The notes below the pieces were generated by a model. The model did no database searches. It had not been told where the DNA came from and saw nothing but the letters and a program-made list of their open reading frames with translations. A DNA stretch of 64,000 bases from positions 11,098,001 to 11,162,000 of the forward strand of contig JBHGNT010000017.1 in assembly GCA_043228905.1 (NCBI GenBank). Direction: 5' to 3'. A program made the translations under genes and the position numbers. This document shows positions 59,001 through 64,000 of this stretch, piece by piece. The DNA comes from Azolla caroliniana. Its lineage: Eukaryota; Plantae; Polypodiophyta. Each line of letters opens with the position of its first letter. Positions within the stretch are counted from its first letter, which is position 1.

Positions 59001-61492
59001 CAGTCCGTTTAGCTCCGGCGCCTTCGGCACGGTAAATTCGAGCCGGATTCCCTTCGAGCGGCAGTACTCCTCGAACTGCCCCCGGTACTCACCTCCGTTA
59101 TCTGCTCGAACCGCCTTCAGCTTCCGGCCGGTTTCTCTTTCCACTCTCGCGTGGAGCTCTTTGAAGACGGATAACACCTGATCCTTTGTCTTTAGCGGTG
59201 TGGCCCACAGCTTCCGGCTGTGGTCATCTATGAACGTCACGAAGTATTGCGCTCCGGCATGTGACTTCGTGTCTACTTGACAAACATCCGTATGCACCAA
59301 CTCCAGTGGTGCATTACGTCTCATCGGTGGCCTTGGTCGGAAGGAGGTCTGGTTCTGCTTACCGGCCAGACAATCAGTGCACTTCTCTAAGTGCACGTTC
59401 TTCACTGGAATGAGGTTGTCGTCTCCAAGCCTCTTCATCCCCTTCTCACTCATGTGACATAGCCTCTTGTGCCACAGCTCACCGGCAGTGTCGGAAGCCA
59501 CGTTCACTTCTTCCGGACATAACCGGCCATTCATCAGGTACAGTGTGTTTACTTTCCGGCCAGAGCCACAATCAGGCTCCCTTTGCTGAACTTCATGACA
59601 CCGTTCCGGATGCTACCCGTGTAGCCTTCATCATCTAGCCGACCGGCTGATATCAGGTTCAGACGAACTTCCGGAACGTGTCGGACACCTTTCAACAGCA
59701 ACTTGCATCCGGTTGGTGTTGTCAGCCACACGTCTCCTATGCCGACAATTCGGCATGTTCCTTCATTCCCCATCCGGACACAGCCGTGATCACCGGCTGA
59801 GTAGGATGAGAAGCATTTCCGGTCCGGGGTAAGGTGGAACGACGCTCCGGAGTCTACCACCCAGGTCATCTCATCGCCGGCATGGTTTATCTCACTCTCC
59901 TCGGTGATGAGCATCACTTGCCGCAATTGCCGTCGTTCCCTTCCGGTCCGGCCCCCTCCGGTCTGTACCGTTCCGGTTCGGGGTTTGCTTCGAATCGGTA
60001 CCGTCGGTTTCCTTGTCTTTATGGAAATGCCGACAGTTCTTTTGGAAGTGTCCCGGCTTGCCGTAATAGAAGCAAGTAGGCCTCCCCCTTGACTTTGATC
60101 GTGTCCCCGACTTCTCCCGGTTCTGGGGACTACGGTTTCTATGTCTTCCGCGTTCCGATTCGGTAAGGAGCGCTTTGGAGTCGGAGCTCGTATCTTTGTC
60201 TTTCCGACGAGCCTCCTCATCTAGCAAGCTCGACTTTACTCTTGCTAGGGATAGCCGTTTTCCTTCCGGCCCGGCGTTGCCCAAAGTAACAACCAACGTC
60301 TCCCAGCTATCCGGGAGCGAACCGAGCAGGAGTAGCGCTAGGACCTCCTCGGCAAGAGGTACTTCCAATGACGTTGTCTGGTGAATCAGCCCCTGGAAGG
60401 CATTCATATGCTCCGCCATGCTGGAGCCATCTTGGTACCGGAGTCTTACAAGCTTCCGGAATACCGACGCCTGATTGACAGCATTTTTTTTCTGGAACAT
60501 CATGCCGATCTTCTCCCAGAGCTCATGAGCCTTGCTCTCTTCATTGAAGTTGTACAGGCTCATGTCGATGAAGCACCGTATGTATGCCGTTGTCTTCATG
60601 TGCATCACCTCCCATATCGCGGCGTCGATTTTGTCCGGTCTCTTGTCCCCGAACTGAACCGGCAGCCAGAGGTCTTTAACCACGAGCATGTCCCTCATCT
60701 TCGACTTCCACACTGAATAGTTGGAGCCGGTGAGCTTGAACATGCCGCCAAACGATTCGTCCATTTTTCTGTGTCGTTTTCGCTCTGATACCACTTGTTG
60801 AGAACTCGACATTCCTTATGTCCGACGCTCGGCCACAACCGAGATTCTTTTGTTACACAGAAAAACAGGTAATGAAACGCGACACAAAAGAGGAGAAATG
60901 GTACACAGGAGGTATACGTGGAAAACCCCAAAATAGGGGAAAAAACCACGGCAGCCCACAAGCGGCAAACTGTCACTATGCAGAAATATACAACAGTGAG
61001 ATCACTGAGGCAACGACCTCGTACTCTCAGATCTTCGCCACAGGCGGCGGTTACAACAGAGGCAACGACCTCGTCTCTCTCTCTCTCTCTCTCTGTACAG
61101 TTACGTGCTCTGATTTCTTCTTGCACCAACAAGGAAGAATAAAAAAGAAATAACAAAAACGACAACAACTGCACAACTAAAAGTTTGCCCTAAGTCATAT
61201 TTATACTAATATGACTTTTCGGCTATTTACAAATGTAGCCTCGATGGGCTCCATCCGGCTCTCCGCAGTCGGGTACTCCCCATCCGGTTTATACCGGGCC
61301 TACACCATCCGACTCTCCGCAGTCGGGTACTCCTCATCCGGTTCATACCGGGCCTACACCATCCGACTCTCCGTAGTCGGGTACTCCCCATCCGGTTCAT
61401 ACCGTTTCGGCCTCGGTCTGTAAATCTCGGCCGAGTTTGTTCGTCTGCACTGTTCTTCTCCCTTCCCATCCGGAGGGACCTGTCTACCAACA
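56026..61492 (-). mobile_element. Ty1/copia element C5 (C1 family), full length, recent
   Basis: TSD CAAAC 56021-56025 / 61493-61497; 697-bp LTRs 56026-56722 and 60796-61492; PBS TGGTATCAGAGC 60782-60793; PPT 56723-56735. Confidence 0.97.
56733..60764 (-). pseudogene. gag-pol: C5 gag-pol with two frameshifts and one nonsense codon
   Basis: ORFs 59892..60812, 59549..60220, 57546..59534 and 56733..57536 are collinear. Confidence 0.94.
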
Positions 61493-62053
61493 CAAACAGA
61501 CTTGATTAAGGAAACCTCGAAACAAAGATCGGGTACCATCAAACTTGGTAGGGAGGCTAATCTTTGGTCCCTTGGGGAATTTTGAACCCCCGCGCTTGTT
61601 CTCGTAATTTTAATATAGTAGCCTCGAGTTGATGAACCCATTGTGATAACTCCTCATATTGATGAGCTTTCTCGATACTCACTTGTTGTAAATCCCCGAG
61701 TAGCCTATGATTTTCTTGCTCTAATGCCACAAACTTAGTTGTGAGCATGTCGAGCTCAGAAAGGACACGCATGTACTCTTGCTTGTTGACGGATTCCATA
61801 ACTGAGGGGGCAAAAGAAAGAAGGGAACGGAAGAAAGCTTGCTAGGGTTATTGGAAAAGGAAACAAAAATAATCTCATTTCTATTTCAAGTCTTATCTCT
61901 CTCACTCTCTCTCTCTCACGCACACACACACACCCTCTCGCTTTCACTATCGCTCTCGCTCTCACTCTATCTCCTACTCACGAGTCTCGACAGTTTGAAC
62001 CGAATGAGTTGAAATGAATGTATGGACACTTATTCATAGATCCTTATGGAGTA

Positions 62054-62140
62054 TTCTAGAATGTTCTAGAATATTTTAGTTTTTTATGATAAGAAATATA
62101 ATCATGAAATATTAAAGGATGTTCTAGAATATTCTAATAA
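62054..62140. promoter_or_regulatory. Heat-shock element arrays in G4 LTR U3 (also 40812-40915)
   Basis: TTCTAGAATGTTCTAGAA = four alternating nGAAn units just upstream of the LTR TATA position. Confidence 0.6.
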
Positions 62141-64000
62141 CTAAAAATATAATTATTATAATAACACAATATATATGTTATTACAATGGTTAAGGGTTCA
62201 GGTTCAACACATAGACCAAGAAGTCGTGGGTTCGATTCTTGATAAGCCAAAATGTTGTCTTCATGACAGGTTGAATACATGAGGTTGCCTATTATGATCG
62301 GCGTAAAAACGCGCTCTATCTTGAGTTGTTTTTATATTATCTCATCCAATATGCAACATACTTGCATATCCCAAAGAAAGTTTTGCGTACTTCGCAACTC
62401 ATCATGTGTACATTAACATCAATTGGGGCTCATGGCTGAAAACAATACATCAACATAAAAGGACTATATCTCGTCGACGTATGCTTGGAGTTGTTATAAG
62501 CAAACTCCAAAATTAGGAGATAACGTTCCCATTTTTTTGGATTTGCACCAACGTATGCTCGAAGCATGTCCTCAATAATTTGAATTACTCGTTCGGTCTG
62601 TCCATCGGATTGAGGATGATCCATGGAGCTCATGCTCAACGTAGTTTCTAACTTCTTAAAGACTTGCGTTCAGAAGTCACTAGTAAACTTTGGATCTCGA
62701 TCACTCACGATATCCATCGGTAACACATAAAAACGAAATAACTCGTCAACGAATTGGTAAGTCAATTCCGGAGCTATTGCCGTGGTTTTAGTAGCAATAA
62801 ATCTGACCATTTTAGTTAGTCTATCAACCACAGACTAGATGACATCATGGCCTTTTTGGGTGCGAGGAAGGCTAACAATAAAATCCATGGATATACTTTC
62901 CCACTAATTATTGGGAATGTCCAAGGGATGTAAAAGTCTTGCCGCTTTAAGTCACTTGGCTTTGTTAACCTGACATTGGTGACATTTAGTCACATAGCTA
63001 TGTATGTCAGGACGCATCTTAGGCCAATAGAATTGAGTGGAGATGAGAACGAGTGTACGATGTATTCCAGGGTGCCCTTCTAAGGGTGCATCATGGCACT
63101 AAAAAAGAATTCTCTTTTTTACCTCAGGCAAATCTGGAACATAGATCTTCCCATTACGGTAGAGCAGATCATTAGCAATGTGGAAGGATTCCTTCGAGGA
63201 TGTGGTGGTGTCTATTCCAAACTCAACTCTTGCCCAATATTTCGCAAAATAATTGTCATCAGGATACTTTCCTCGAAGGTAATCATAAAGATCTTATGTT
63301 ATTTCAGTGAAGCTAAGCATGTTAACTTCACGGATGCGACTTAGTGTTCATTGAATCTTTACGATATCGTATGGAAAAATCAAAGTCCTGGATGAGATCA
63401 GCCCATTGTGCCTTATGACCTTTCAGGTCTGGTTGGTCACAGAAATATTTCAAGGACTCGTGATCCATAGTTACCACAAAACAATTTCCATAAAGATAAT
63501 GACACCATGTTTTGATCGCATGTATAATTGCAAATAATTCCTTTTCTTGAACCGTATACCGACATTGAGCAGAATCAAGTTTCTTACTCTCAAATGCTAT
63601 TGGTTTACCATCTTGATATAAGATAGCACCTATAGCATAATCGCTTGCATTGGTTTCAACTTCAAAATGTTTTGAAGGATCGGGTAAAAGAAGTGAAGGA
63701 GCCTTGCACACCAGATCCTTGAGTTCCTTAAAGGCAAGTTCTAGTGTAATATTCCACACAATAGGTTTTGTAGACTTATGCATTTGACCTTTTAGAATAT
63801 TAGTAAATGACGTCATCAATTGGGAGTAATTACGAAGGGATTTTTGCAAAAACCTGACAAAACCAAGGAATGATCGAACTTCTCAAATATTCCGAAGAGT
63901 GGTTCAAAGTTTGATTTTCTCAATGCTAGAAGGATCAATTTCTACTCGTTCGATTATGAGATGTCCAAGATAAGTAATTGATTTCTTGAAGAACTCGCAT

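Larger units (their letters stand above)
40568..62268 (-). mobile_element. Tcn1-like chromovirus G4 (self-priming type) carrying three nested insertions
   Basis: TSD GGTTG 40563-40567 / 62269-62273; 3' LTR 40568-41049; PPT 41050-41062; group-I chromodomain EYEVAAILDS..YLVDWLGY..TWEP; IN 48550-49650; RT/RH 53349-54500; PR about 55050; gag 55200-56020 + 61498-61799; rearranged 5' LTR about 61868-62268. Confidence 0.9.
38985..64000 (-). mobile_element. Degenerate gypsy chromovirus G3 (related to G2), host of G4; continues past window end
   Basis: 3' LTR about 38985-40116 (split by solo LTR), PPT 40117-40128, chromodomain PERILNVKTK..FKIKWMD, IN 62274-63100, RH 63328..63849; frame HVFN|PRHKV restored across G4. 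Confidence 0.82.

Overview
Plant nuclear DNA, most likely a fern or other non-seed vascular plant (inferred from the PPR type and retroelement lineages). About 90% is a pile of nested LTR retrotransposons, most delimited by LTR pairs, PBS/PPT and target-site duplications (TSDs). Ty1/copia: five elements in two families plus one orphan PPT+LTR. Ty3/gypsy chromoviruses: three, one Tcn1-like. A fungal-like non-chromoviral gypsy family occurs as two elements plus a solo LTR, and there are two non-autonomous LTR elements. One host gene lies in an island at about 26.2-32.2 kb: a two-exon PLS-E class PPR gene (minus strand) trailed by a fossil PG/WW-DYW domain and flanked by a hAT MITE and a fold-back element. 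Most notable: (i) two self-priming (Tf1-type) families whose LTR U3 carries heat-shock-element arrays and an antisense tRNA-like A/B-box module, one with an inversion anchored exactly on the self-priming stem; (ii) a gypsy family with tRNA-Trp PBS, 4-bp CpG-centred targets and a candidate -1 frameshift pseudoknot after the protease; (iii) a very young non-autonomous element with an open 636-codon Gag + catalytically dead RT-fragment ORF. Coordinates were read by eye and may be off by a few bases; clade names are inferences.
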